Of a stretch of 64,000 bases of DNA, positions 1-9,975 are shown piece by piece. The notes under the pieces were generated by a model. The model was not told the DNA's origin and did not search any database. It saw only the letters and a program-made list of their open reading frames with translations. Each line of letters begins with the position of its first letter. Within the stretch, counting starts at the first letter, position 1. Source of the stretch: Pelagomonas calceolata (Eukaryota); contig CAKKNE010000004.1 in the NCBI GenBank assembly GCA_918797485.1, forward strand, positions 2,232,001 through 2,296,000, read 5' to 3'. A program made the position numbers and the translations under genes.

Positions 1-3000
1 CGCCACAAATCCCGATGCTTCCCCACGTCGCGATTCTTCAGGTCGCTACAAGCCCCGACGATCTCGAAGTAGTCGCGCTCGGACTCCAGGTCCTTTTCCA
101 CTCGAGCATGTATATCTAGAATCTGATCTGGTTCTTCGTCCTGTTTCAAAGCTTCGCGACCGTGATACACGAGTTCATACAGCCCCGCCTCCACCTCCAG
201 CGCCTTATCGCACAGTTCCGAGAGCGACGGATGCTGCTCGCTTACGACTTCCGCTGGAGGGGGTTCGCCGTCATTGCAAGCCTTGATCCTAACGAGAGTA
301 TCGTCCAACTCCGCCGCGTTCATGCCCGCGCACGCGTTGACGTCGTTCAGTTGACAGCGCCAGGGCGCCGCTGCCTCTAAAGCTGCTTGCGCATAAGCGT
401 CGACGTCCGCCATTTTCACTTCTCCACTCGTACCGACGAGGGTCCGAATGCGCGACGAGACGGGCTTGGCCACCTCCGGTTCAATAGCGACAGCTTGGGG
501 CGTCGAGCCGGGCCAGGGCAGCGACGCGCACCGCGACATCTCGACGACGGACCGAGAAGCTTCTATCCTAGAAACGTCCCCATCCTCCTTCACCGGCCAC
601 GGCGACGGCTCCACACCACCGGCACCTAGGTAAGCCGCAAACGTGCCGTCGATCTGCTCCGCCAGGTGGTTCTCGCGATGGCCTCGACAGTCGAGATTCT
701 TCCGCACCGGTAGAGGGCCCTCCTCGACCGTCCGCCAGATATTCGTCGGGTGCGCCCGGTCGTCCTTTGAACTGACCCTAACTACAAGGGAAGGTGGAGC
801 ATCACACTTCAGCGAAAAGTAGCGAGACCACCTCCGGTCATCCCCGAGCATGTCATTTCTGAGAGGCTGCGAGTACCGCAACTCGTCAATCGCTTCCGCG
901 CATCGGTCCGCGTCGGCGCGAGCATGCAGCAGCTCGTCGTTCAACATACCCGCACGTTCGGGGTCGTCGCAATCATTTAATTGTTTTTGCGCGTCTTTTG
1001 CACGCCTTGCAGCTTGTCTAGCTTCCTTGGACCGGTCCTCGATGCCGTCGATGACTCTACGTATAGCCTCCTGCAAGGCTGGCGTGAGTAAGGCATCATC
1101 ACAGAGGTGTTTCAGCAAAGCGGCGGCATGCCTAGGTTGCAAAGCTGCAAAGCTTCTACGCTTCTCCGCGAACAAGTAGATAGCTTCAGCTAATGCCCCA
1201 TCGTCGCTATCGACGGCGTCGTCGAAGGGAAAGCGGTTGTAGTGGGGCACCTGTTCGATCTTCACGCGTTTGGCCCTTGGTAGATGAGATTTCCGAGGGC
1301 CACTTTCCACCAGAAACTCGGGATAAGCCGTGCGAGCGACTTCCACGATACTCCGTAACTTCCGACCACCATTGGGAGGCAGGAAGTACTTGTCCACATG
1401 GGTAGAATTGGGCCGGGGCTTTTCTTCCCTCGTCCACCCGTCGGCGTCCATGCGCGCCTCGAGGCCCTTGCGGTCTTGGACCGTTTGCGAGGTCTTCACG
1501 ATCTGCCTCGGGGCGTCGATGCGCGGCGGAGGCGGCTTCTCACCTCTCAAAACGCGTTCGAAGGTCCTCACGAGTCGTTCCGCCGCTTGCGTGAAGGGCG
1601 ACACCGGCCCGTGATACGTACTCGAATTGAGTGCTATTTGCTTGATATCTTTCTTCAATGATTCATCATCCGCATACTTCTCGAGCTTTTCTTTACATAG
1701 AGCTAAGTCAGCTACGTTCGGGCACTTTTCGTGATAATCAGGACACCCGATCTCCTCGCAGATCTCCTGCGAGAGCCGCGTCCGGAACGGGTTCGGGTCC
1801 GCTAGAGCTGGGAATTCTAACGCCCAGCACGCTTCGAGAGCTTTTCTACCGTCGGCCGAGACGCCCTTGCCCTGCGGCGCCGGCGCCGGCGCCGGCGCTG
1901 GTGCGGCTTCCGCGGGCGGGGGCGGCGCGGCGGCGGCCGGCGCGTCGACGTCCATGGCGTCGTCGCCGCCGCCTCCTCTCTCGTGCAGCACATCACCGGA
2001 CGAAGGCGGCTCCGTCGCCATGGCGTGCGCCGCCGCGGCCGCGGCCTGCGCCCACGGCGCCGCCGGTACGGGCGGCGGCGGCGGCGCGACGGGCGGCGCC
2101 GGCGGGTTACCGCCGTTCGCCGCGGGCGGCGGCGCCGCGACGGGCGGCGGCGGCGCGGCGGGCGGCGCCTTGCCCGCCGCGGCCTGCTCGCGCGCGTAGG
2201 CTTCTCTGATAGCGGCAGCTCCGGGATCAGCAGCTAATTTTCGCGCCTCCTCGTCCTCGGCTGCCGCGGCCCTCCTTCTTTCTTCTTCTCTCTTCTTCTG
2301 AGCCCGCCGTTCCGCCTCGGCCTTCTTCCGCGCCGCAATTTTGGCCGCAGCCGCGGCGATGGCCAGGTCCGCGGCGGCCCGGTCGGGATGCTTCCACTTT
2401 GGGGGCTTGGGCACGTAAGGAGCCGGAAACGCGTCTCGAGCCCTTCTTCTGTGTCTCTGGGACGCGAGTAAGTGCCTCCTAAAAATATCGGCCCAGGTCA
2501 ACGCGTTCAACGCGTGTCCCCAGACGCGTCTGTTCTGGCGATGGCCAACAAACAACTCGTTCTCGCACAAGTTGAACACGCGCGGATCACTCGGCACGTC
2601 GCCCGTGGCTGGATCTCGCCCGCAGACCACTCTCAATAATGCTAAAGCTAGTCTCGCTAGTAGAGGAGGCGTCCGCCAGCCTCGCGGGTCCGGCAACGCG
2701 GCTAAAGCCGCATCCAACTCGGCAAGAGTCAACCGAGATCGACCCGTCTGACCACCCAGCGCCACGACGTCAAAGCGCTCGCAGAACTCCGCGACGCACA
2801 CCGCGTCACTCGCGCAGTCCGCCGGCGCCAATGACAACAAAGGTTTCGTCTTCACGACGGGCGGCGGCTCGTAGCCCAGCTCTTGTCGTGCCGAAATCTC
2901 GACATCTAGATCGTCAGGCTTCCCATCGCGCCCGGCTCGCACTTCGACGCCGGCCGCGACGTCCCTCCTACGTTGTTCTCTCGGACTCAACTTAAACGAG

Positions 3001-3650
3001 TTCCGGATTTTGGTCATGCTCCCTTCGGCGACGCACTTCTTCAGGGCCGTCTGGGCGGAGGTCCGCACCTTATTTTCGTTCACGGGATAGCGCATCCTTA
3101 GCCACTTTGCGACCGCTTGCACTGACGATCCTGAACTTTCTTTCAGGTCGTACACCGCTCGACACACGAGCTCGTTGTAGGGCGGGTGACTGGCCCTCGT
3201 TTCCCGCTTGGGCCGCTCGCCCGACGCTCTTCTGCGAGCGGCTTCCTCCTGCTTCGCGAAGCGTTGTCTGACCTCCTCTAGTCTTTCCTGGGCCGCTTCT
3301 TCTTCCGCTTCTTGGAGCGATGCTCGAGCCATGGCCAAGTTCTCCGCGGTGCGTCTCTTCAGCCGTCCGGCGTCGGATTCAACCCACTCGTCCCAGCGCG
3401 GCGCCCAGCCGTCGAAGTGCACCTTGAAGATCGGCACATGTATTCTGTTCTTCGAGCGTGACGATTGTTCGACCAGTGATGACGGGTACCACACTCCTTC
3501 TTGGACGCAAAGCACCAAATCGCCGGCCTTATAAGGCTCGTTCGTGTCTTCGATTGGTTGGAGGTGGTCGAAGGCCTTCTTGACCGTGGTCTCGATGTAC
3601 TCCTTGGCGTCGGCCTCGGCCTCCTCCATGCTGGCGTATTGAGCCGCCAT
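1..3650 (-). CDS. Large chromatin protein, 3'-partial (>1216 aa): Tudor-knot, H15, DDT, bromodomain-like, MBD, WHIM1, WSD (BAZ/ISWI-partner-like)
   Basis: ATG at 3650 (MAAQYASMEE); I found no in-frame stop down to the window edge, which is why the ORF track omits it. Motifs: FKVHFDGWAPRWDEWV; HPPYNELVCRAVYDLKESSGSSVQAVAKWL; VAEFCERF..LTLAELDAAL..LNALTWADIF; PDYHEKCPNVADLALCKEKL..NSSTYH; GWTREEKPR..DKYFLPPNGGRKLRSIVEV; LLKHLCDDALLT; LGDDRRWSRYF..LDCRGHRENHL. Confidence 0.85.
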   Translation of the reverse strand, partial: MAAQYASMEEAEADAKEYIETTVKKAFDHLQPIEDTNEPYKAGDLVLCVQEGVWYPSSLVEQSSRSKNRIHVPIFKVHFDGWAPRWDEWVESDAGRLKRRTAENLAMARASLQEAEEEAAQERLEEVRQRFAKQEEAARRRASGERPKRETRASHPPYNELVCRAVYDLKESSGSSVQAVAKWLRMRYPVNENKVRTSAQTALKKCVAEGSMTKIRNSFKLSPREQRRRDVAAGVEVRAGRDGKPDDLDVEISARQELGYEPPPVVKTKPLLSLAPADCASDAVCVAEFCERFDVVALGGQTGRSRLTLAELDAALAALPDPRGWRTPPLLARLALALLRVVCGRDPATGDVPSDPRVFNLCENELFVGHRQNRRVWGHALNALTWADIFRRHLLASQRHRRRARDAFPAPYVPKPPKWKHPDRAAADLAIAAAAAKIAARKKAEAERRAQKKREEERRRAAAAEDEEARKLAADPGAAAIREAYAREQAAAGKAPPAAPPPPVAAPPPAANGGNPPAPPVAPPPPPVPAAPWAQAAAAAAHAMATEPPSSGDVLHERGGGGDDAMDVDAPAAAAPPPPAEAAPAPAPAPAPQGKGVSADGRKALEACWALEFPALADPNPFRTRLSQEICEEIGCPDYHEKCPNVADLALCKEKLEKYADDESLKKDIKQIALNSSTYHGPVSPFTQAAERLVRTFERVLRGEKPPPPRIDAPRQIVKTSQTVQDRKGLEARMDADGWTREEKPRPNSTHVDKYFLPPNGGRKLRSIVEVARTAYPEFLVESGPRKSHLPRAKRVKIEQVPHYNRFPFDDAVDSDDGALAEAIYLFAEKRRSFAALQPRHAAALLKHLCDDALLTPALQEAIRRVIDGIEDRSKEARQAARRAKDAQKQLNDCDDPERAGMLNDELLHARADADRCAEAIDELRYSQPLRNDMLGDDRRWSRYFSLKCDAPPSLVVRVSSKDDRAHPTNIWRTVEEGPLPVRKNLDCRGHRENHLAEQIDGTFAAYLGAGGVEPSPWPVKEDGDVSRIEASRSVVEMSRCASLPWPGSTPQAVAIEPEVAKPVSSRIRTLVGTSGEVKMADVDAYAQAALEAAAPWRCQLNDVNACAGMNAAELDDTLVRIKACNDGEPPPAEVVSEQHPSLSELCDKALEVEAGLYELVYHGREALKQDEEPDQILDIHARVEKDLESERDYFEIVGACSDLKNRDVGKHRDLW

Positions 3651-4241
3651 TGTTGTTACGGTTCCTTGCTCAGCAAGGTTTGCAAGCGTTTATTTCGCGG
3701 TGCCGAGTCGCGGCTGCCTCGCGCTGCGTGCGTGAACGCTGCGGCGGCGTTTGGGCGCGTCGATGGCGTCGCGCGACGCTATCCGGCCTCTTGTCGCTGA
3801 CACTTCGTTTGCGGTGCTACAGCCACTGCGCAGCCGCGGGTTGGTGCTGATCGTCTTGCAGGGCGTGCAAGGACCTTCCTGATCGTGCGCGCTGCGAATT
3901 TTAGCGTGCAAATTGCCTCGCGCGGACGTACGGCATCGAGTACGGAGGCGCCTGGGAGCCCCCGCACGATATCGTCCGAAAGCTGCGCCCGATTCTCCGA
4001 CGCGTCAGGATCGGGTCCGGTGGTCCGCAGAGCCCCGGCAGCCGGGGACGCGCGCACGACGTGCGGGCCTCAAAACTCAAAATCGATTAATCGTGCACCG
4101 GCCTGCGGCCATCCGCCAAGCGCGATACGTGTGGCTGCCAATACGGCGCAAAGCGAAAACATATAACTCGTAGACGCGCGGGTCCACCGCTCGTGAGGCG
4201 CGCACGCTCGGAAGGGCTGCCCAAGCTTAGCCACACAAACA

Positions 4242-5945
4242 ATGTCGAGCAGCGACGAGGACGACGACGACTACAGCGGCAGCGACGACGACGAGTACGA
4301 CGACGAGGAGGACGATGAGGCCGAGGACGACGAGGAAGACGACGAGGCCGAGGAGGAAGAGGAGCCGGCCACCGCCGTCGACGTCGACCAGGACCTCGCG
4401 CTCATCAGAGAATGTAGTGCGCGCATGGACGACACCTTCGCGCGGTTGTTATTAAGGTATCCGCCGGCCCGTTCAACAAGCAGCGGCCGCGCGGGTAGTA
4501 GCCGGCCCTCGGCGGCGGGCGGCGCGGCGCGGGACACCGGGACACGTGATGGTGGAGGCGGCCCGCCGCGGGGCGGTTTTGGTGGAAACAGTCGCAACAA
4601 TCAGCAGGGCGGCGCGAGGTACTCGCGCTTCGCGAAGCACGCGGCCCAATTGGCGTCGATGGAGGTCGGCCGTATTGATACTCCAGAGAGCGAGCGCCCG
4701 CCATTAAGCGAGCAGGAGCATGAAAGTCGAGACGCGCTCGCGGCGCGGTGCGTGGCCGAGTTCGCGCGGCCCGACGCCGCCGATTACCTGGAAGAGGCGG
4801 AGGAGCCTTCATTGACAATCGGGGCCGTGGGCATGCTCGGCGCGGCGGCGGCGCGCGCGCGGCGGGGCCTCGCGCCGGCGGCGGCGCCGCCGGCGCCGGC
4901 CGCGCGGCTCGGGTTCGGCACCGCGGGCCGGCTCGGCGCCGCCGCGGCGCGCGCGAAGGCGCGGCGGGCGGCCGCCGCGGGGACGGGGAGCCCCATTACC
5001 GAAGCGGGGGAGCCGGAGCCCGCGGCGGCGCGTCCATCAAAGCCGCGGCTCGGGCTCGGGGCCGCGGGCCTGCTCGGCGCGGCCGCCGCGCGCGCGCGGG
5101 CGCGGCGCCCGGGCGAGCCGGAGCCGGCGCCCGCGGCGCCGGAGACCGCGGCGGCGGGGCCGGCCGCGCCGAGCACGCCGGCGCCGCCGGCCCGCGACGA
5201 CTTCGCGTCGCCCGAGGTCCTCAACACCGAGGCGCCCAAGCCGCGCGTCGGCTTCGGCGCCGCGGGCCTGCTGGGCGCGGCGGCCGCGCGCGCGCGCGGC
5301 CGCGCGGCCGCGGGCGCCGCGCCGGCCGAGCCGGACGCGGCGCCGGCGCTCGGCCCATCCACAACGGTGCAGGCCGAGACGCCCAAGCCGCCGACCCTAA
5401 ACTTCGGGCCGGCCGCGACGGCGCCGCGGCCGCCGACGCTCAAGTTCGGCCCCGCGGGGATGCTCGCGGCGGCGGCCTCGCGCGCGCGGAGCACCGCGAA
5501 TGCCGGGCCCGCGACCGGCGCCTTCGGCCCCGCGACGCCCGCGGCACCCATCGACGCGGCGCCGCCGGCCGAGGGGCCCCGCGCCGCGTGGGGCGACCCC
5601 GCGCCGGCGGAGGCGGCGGCCGCGCCGGCCGAGCCGGCGCCAGCTGCCGAGGTGAAGGCGCCGTCGGGCCTCTCGTTCAAGATGGCCGCGCGCGCCGCGG
5701 CTTTGAGGGCACGCGCTAGAGCGCAGCTGCGGGAGCAGGCGCGGGAGGAGGGCGATTCCGAGGGCGGCGACCCGGTTGCTGCTGCTTTACGTTTTGTGGG
5801 AGGCGACGACGTCGAAGAGGCGATCGAGGCGTACAAGGCGCGCAGCGAGCTGCTGGACGCGGCCGACGAGCTGCTGGACCCGGCGAACGCCCAGGTTCAT
5901 TTACATGACGCCTGGGAGCAGCGGTGCGTCGACGCCCAAGTGTAA
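4242..5945 (+). CDS. Hypothetical low-complexity protein with acidic N-terminus and about 6 GxAGxLxAAAARAR repeats
   Basis: 567-aa ORF with AACA-ATG context, D/E tract and repeated Ala/Arg motif. Confidence 0.65.
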   Translation: MSSSDEDDDDYSGSDDDEYDDEEDDEAEDDEEDDEAEEEEEPATAVDVDQDLALIRECSARMDDTFARLLLRYPPARSTSSGRAGSSRPSAAGGAARDTGTRDGGGGPPRGGFGGNSRNNQQGGARYSRFAKHAAQLASMEVGRIDTPESERPPLSEQEHESRDALAARCVAEFARPDAADYLEEAEEPSLTIGAVGMLGAAAARARRGLAPAAAPPAPAARLGFGTAGRLGAAAARAKARRAAAAGTGSPITEAGEPEPAAARPSKPRLGLGAAGLLGAAAARARARRPGEPEPAPAAPETAAAGPAAPSTPAPPARDDFASPEVLNTEAPKPRVGFGAAGLLGAAAARARGRAAAGAAPAEPDAAPALGPSTTVQAETPKPPTLNFGPAATAPRPPTLKFGPAGMLAAAASRARSTANAGPATGAFGPATPAAPIDAAPPAEGPRAAWGDPAPAEAAAAPAEPAPAAEVKAPSGLSFKMAARAAALRARARAQLREQAREEGDSEGGDPVAAALRFVGGDDVEEAIEAYKARSELLDAADELLDPANAQVHLHDAWEQRCVDAQV

Positions 5946-5949
5946 AGTC

Positions 5950-6444
5950 TTACAACTCATCCCTACCGAGCGCGTGCACCGACACGGCCAATCTTTCTTT
6001 CGACTCCCTATCGCGCAGGGCGAACTCGTGGCCCTGCGCCGCGCTGTGCGTGACGTGGTGGTTCGGCTCGATCCAGAGGTAGCCCGCCGCGTGGTGCTTG
6101 AGTTCTACTGGTTGATCTTTCTCGTCCGTCATAACGTTGTGGAACGTCATCTTGTAGGGCTGCTCGGCGTCGTCGTTCTTGTAGAGCGAGAGCCGGACGC
6201 GCCACTTCAGGTCGCCGGACCGCACGGCGAAGGAGTCGTTGTATCTGACATACCTCGCCGTGACCTGGCCCGGGCTCACAATATCATTTAAGGTCTCGGA
6301 GCCGTCCCAGAGGCTGAGGTCGCCTTCGTGCAGGGCGCCCATGAAGTAGACCGCCAGATCTTCGCTCCCCGTGTTGCGGATGATCATTTTTTGCTTGAGT
6401 TCGACCGCCGTCGCGGCGGCGGTGAGGAGGAGGAGCTTCCACAT
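5950..6444 (-). CDS. Small secreted/ER protein, unknown function
   Basis: 164 aa, signal peptide MWKLLLLTAAATA, C-terminal RDEL (ER-retention-like). Confidence 0.75.
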   Translation of the reverse strand: MWKLLLLTAAATAVELKQKMIIRNTGSEDLAVYFMGALHEGDLSLWDGSETLNDIVSPGQVTARYVRYNDSFAVRSGDLKWRVRLSLYKNDDAEQPYKMTFHNVMTDEKDQPVELKHHAAGYLWIEPNHHVTHSAAQGHEFALRDRESKERLAVSVHALGRDEL

Positions 6445-6689
6445 GCTGGTGTCTCTCTCTGTGGCACTGGTCCGCTTGGGTGGTGCACCTGGCGCGTCGG
6501 CGGCGTGGAGCGGTGGCTTTGGTGGGAGGTAGCGCCGGGTGGCGGGGCTGCCGACGGTGTTGGTGTGCTGATGGGTGCCGTGGGGCAGCCCTTAATTGCG
6601 CGCAGCCAAAACTCCGAACTCTTCGCAGGCTGCCCCGCACGCGGGCCGCGGGTCGGCGTCATACCTGAACGCGCGACTCGGAACAAATC

Positions 6690-7946
6690 TTATACCCCCT
6701 GAGCCGACGCCGTCGGCCCCGTGACCTCGGACGCGTCGAAGCCCGCATCCCGGTGCGCGTCGAGGCAGCCGCGACCACAATACACAAAGTCGAATTTGCC
6801 GTAGTGGTGGCCACGCCGCACCTCGAAGCTCCGGCCGCAGCGCGAGCATTGCAACTCGACGACGTCGGCGGGCCGCTTTTTGGGCGGGCGGTACCAGGCG
6901 AGGCTCGGCGCGGCGGCGGCGAAGTTGATATCCCGATCAGTGGCGTCGCGGACGGCGATGAGGCCTGCGCCATAACCGGCGCCGCCGTACCTCCGCAGCT
7001 GCGTCCGATACCGCACGCCGGCGGCGACGACGATGCGATCTTGGGCCGCGATATAATGACTCAAGAGATATTTGGACGGCGGCCGGGGCCCCTGATCACA
7101 CGGCCGATACCAGCCGTCGGCGACGACCAAAACATTCGGCGCGAGCTCGAGCAGGTCGCCGAGGTCCCCCGTGTGGTGCTGGTCGTCGAGCCGCGCGACC
7201 CGGAAGACCCAGGCCGGCGCGTCCGCGAGCTCTATCACCGCGCGCACGCATTTTCGGAGCTGGGCACCCTCGTATCCGGGCAGGACCACGACGACGGGCG
7301 CGCCCTGGCGCGACGCGGCGGCGGCCGCGGCACGTATATAGGGTATGTCCGGGTGGCCGTCGTAGAGGATCGGTATGGTGCCCTCGTCGAGCGCCGGCCG
7401 CAGCGGCCCGACAAACGCGGCCCGTGGCGCGGCCGGCGCGCCAGCGGCAAAATTACGCGCCACGTCGGTCGCGACGTCGACGCCCACGACGAGCTGGCGC
7501 TCGAGCGCGACTCGCATCTCGTCCTCGCTGCCGCGCGCGACGTCAGCCGCCGGCAGCGACGCCCCGAAGCACACCGCGACGCTCTCACCGAGCCGCGCCG
7601 CGACACGCGCGAGCCCATCGACGTCGCGGCCCTCGTCGACGGTCGTGAGGTCGCAGACGACCGCGCCGCCCTCCGCACCGAAGGCCGACTCCAGCTCGCG
7701 CGCCGCGTCGTCGCAGGAGTCGAGCACGAAATTCTCAGCGCTACAGCACGGATCTCGTCGGATCTGTCCCAAGTTCTCGAGCGTGATCGGCACGGTGCCG
7801 TTCACCATGGCATCCCGCCGCAGCTCCTCGGTGTGGCACGGCAGCCAATCGCAGGGCATGCTGCTCGTGTCGCATAGCACATGCTCAAAGGTGCAGAGCC
7901 GCACGCCTGCGGCGTCCAGCGGCGGTCGACCGACGACATTGATCAT
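6690..7946 (-). CDS. Phosphotriesterase-related (PTER-like) protein with C-terminal treble-clef Zn finger
   Basis: Likely start MINVVG at 7946; TFEHVLCD, CDLTT..GRDVDGLARVA, LRRYGGAGYG (PTER-like); C-terminal CSRCG..FDFVYCGRGCLDAHR. Confidence 0.7.
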   Translation of the reverse strand: MINVVGRPPLDAAGVRLCTFEHVLCDTSSMPCDWLPCHTEELRRDAMVNGTVPITLENLGQIRRDPCCSAENFVLDSCDDAARELESAFGAEGGAVVCDLTTVDEGRDVDGLARVAARLGESVAVCFGASLPAADVARGSEDEMRVALERQLVVGVDVATDVARNFAAGAPAAPRAAFVGPLRPALDEGTIPILYDGHPDIPYIRAAAAAASRQGAPVVVVLPGYEGAQLRKCVRAVIELADAPAWVFRVARLDDQHHTGDLGDLLELAPNVLVVADGWYRPCDQGPRPPSKYLLSHYIAAQDRIVVAAGVRYRTQLRRYGGAGYGAGLIAVRDATDRDINFAAAAPSLAWYRPPKKRPADVVELQCSRCGRSFEVRRGHHYGKFDFVYCGRGCLDAHRDAGFDASEVTGPTASAQGV

Positions 7947-8074
7947 TTTTAGACGATGTGATGCGAATCCGCACAAAACGACTCGCGCAGCCCGAGGCGG
8001 ACGAGGAATGCTTCGCTGTCGACGACTGGGCGGTAGGAGAGATCGCTTTTGTCCCCCGAGCCCGACTCGGCTTG

Positions 8075-8096
8075 CTAGCGTCCTGTAACACACTAG
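8075..8096 (+). promoter_or_regulatory. CTAG-box element (type A)
   Basis: ctagcgtcctgtaacacactag; flanks cttg/caag extend it to an 8-bp inverted repeat (8071-8100); between divergent starts 7946 and 8252. Confidence 0.6.
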
Positions 8097-8251
8097 CAAG
8101 CCGGCCTGGACGCATATGCATCGGTCGCAAAAGGCAGCCCAATCGCCACTCCAAGCTTAGCAGAGACCCGCACACGTCCCCTCGCTCCGGAACAGCTGTT
8201 TGGCTTACTCTGCCAAGCATCAATAGCCGGGGCAGCGTCGATCAACCAACA

Positions 8252-8887
8252 ATGGGCAACTCCTGCTCGAACCAAGGGCAGCAAAAACCGGCCGGGTGGC
8301 TCAAATGGAAGGAACCTAGTTGCGGGGCCATCTGTCGAGGGGAGGAGAATTGCTGCTTCACCGATCACGGGCGGTTTCCGGATACCTACCCGCCGTTCCT
8401 CGCCGCCCGCGGCATCGATGAGGCTGCGTTCGCCGCCGACATCGAGGCTGTGAACGAGCACGTGCGGGCCGCGACCCGGGTCTTGTTTCGCATGAAGGAC
8501 TGGCGTATACTCATACTGCTTATATTGGTCTTAACCGCCATCGCCGGCAGCCTGCACGCGAAGCTCGAAGGTCAAAATGGTCTTACTTTTGCGGTTCTCG
8601 CGGCATCCTTCCTCTACTACTGGCCCGTGAGTTACCTGTATCAAAAAAGGTGGGACATCGCGGTGGAGGAGGAGGTGGGGCGCCTCCTGCCAAAGTACGG
8701 CAAGGTCGGCGTCGCGGTGTCGCGCGAGGAGGAGTATCATCATAGCTCGGGCGACGGCGGCGGCTGGTATGAATACTATCTGCTCTTCAAGGTGGTACAA
8801 GCCGACGAGGCTCCTCCGGTCGAGGTCGTCGTCGCGGGCGAGCCTCCGGCCGAGGTCGTCGTGGCGGGCGAGTACGTGGCCCCCTGA
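8252..8887 (+). CDS. Small membrane protein, possibly Erf4/Golgin-A7-like, N-myristoylation signal
   Basis: MGNSCS start; FPDTYPPFL..IDEAAFAADIEAVN; two hydrophobic segments; C-terminal PPxEVVVAGE x2. Confidence 0.6.
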   Translation: MGNSCSNQGQQKPAGWLKWKEPSCGAICRGEENCCFTDHGRFPDTYPPFLAARGIDEAAFAADIEAVNEHVRAATRVLFRMKDWRILILLILVLTAIAGSLHAKLEGQNGLTFAVLAASFLYYWPVSYLYQKRWDIAVEEEVGRLLPKYGKVGVAVSREEEYHHSSGDGGGWYEYYLLFKVVQADEAPPVEVVVAGEPPAEVVVAGEYVAP

Positions 8888-8926
8888 ATTCTACTCCTGT
8901 TTCCAATTCCAGTTTTCTTAACAATC

Positions 8927-9670
8927 TTACTTACACAGCTTCCGGTGCCGGCCCCAGGCCGCCGCCTGGCACGCGCGGCCGCAGTAGACGACCTTTCTAC
9001 AGCGTCCACAGCGCGCCGTCGCGCCGCGCACGCCGCAGTGGGCACAGCTCTCCGACGCCGGTCGGTCGTCGGGCCCCCGCGCGTCGCCGAACTCCCTTTC
9101 ATTTAACGTCGTGTACGCGACGGGCCCGTTTTTGAACACAACCGCACACGACGGCGCGTGCTCGGGCCACGCCTCCTTCAAGCACACGCGCGAGCAGAAT
9201 GACACACCACACGCGCAGACGCAGGGCGTGACCGCGCCACAGCGGTCGCAGCACCTAGCCTCCGGCGGGACATTTGAACCGGCGTCGGGCCCGAACGCGA
9301 GCTGGTTCGTCCTTACCAACTCGCCCATGAAGGCGTCGACGGAGATCGGCGTTTTCGTGTCCGTGAAGATTTTTGACGTCGGTTCCGATGGGCGCAGGCC
9401 CGCCGTTGATAAGAGGGCGCGCCAGTCGCCGGGCGGTTGTTTTTTCCCGCGATTCCGCCTTGCCAGTAACTTCACGTGCGCGAAGGCGGCGTCGCTGCGC
9501 CGCTGCGCGAAGGCTTCGGCTTCGGCGCCGCCGCGGCCGTCCTCGAAGGCCCAGCGCGGCTGGTTGGGATATAATGGAGGCAGCCCATCCTCCTCCAAAG
9601 CCTCGGCGAAGGCCTTGTCTTCTAATGTTTTGTCGAAGGCCGGCAGCTCCGCATTCATGCGGACCTCCAT
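8927..9670 (-). CDS. MYND zinc-finger protein (one canonical and one degenerate MYND)
   Basis: CAHC..CGRCRKVVYCGRACQAAAWGRHRKLC and CDRC..CACGVSFCSRVCLKEAWPEHAPSC; start uncertain (ATG 9670). Confidence 0.75.
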   Translation of the reverse strand: MEVRMNAELPAFDKTLEDKAFAEALEEDGLPPLYPNQPRWAFEDGRGGAEAEAFAQRRSDAAFAHVKLLARRNRGKKQPPGDWRALLSTAGLRPSEPTSKIFTDTKTPISVDAFMGELVRTNQLAFGPDAGSNVPPEARCCDRCGAVTPCVCACGVSFCSRVCLKEAWPEHAPSCAVVFKNGPVAYTTLNEREFGDARGPDDRPASESCAHCGVRGATARCGRCRKVVYCGRACQAAAWGRHRKLCK

Positions 9671-9720
9671 GTGGCAATAGGGCAGCGATTTCGTGCCGGC
9701 GCTCGACCCCCCTGAGCTCG

Positions 9721-9741
9721 CTAGTGCCTCAGTCACGCTAG
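9721..9741 (-). promoter_or_regulatory. CTAG-box element (type A, variant)
   Basis: Reverse complement ctagcgtgactgaggcactag; between divergent starts 9670 and 9976. Confidence 0.5.
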
Positions 9742-9975
9742 CTCTATCCACCTGGAGTTTTGGGCTTTTGCCGCCAACTGCGCAGCCATCCACCTTCCTG
9801 AGTCTCGTGGCGTGTTTCCGAGCAGCCCTGCACCAGCGCTGCAGCACGGCAAGGCGCGCCGGCTGAGCAGAGGCAGGAACACAGGACCACAGCCCCACAG
9901 CAGCTCCACAGCCCTGGTGCCGAGACCAGCAGCTGCAGTAGAGACAGAGGAGGTGGCGCAACTCTGCGCCCATTT

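Noticed and set aside
2647..2659. Paired CTAG inside a CDS (ctagtctcgctag)
   Set aside because: Spacer too short, lacks CACTAG/TAAGAC core, explained by Leu-Ala codons
162..3534. Numerous short plus-strand ORFs
   Set aside because: Antisense shadows of the long minus-strand chromatin-protein ORF
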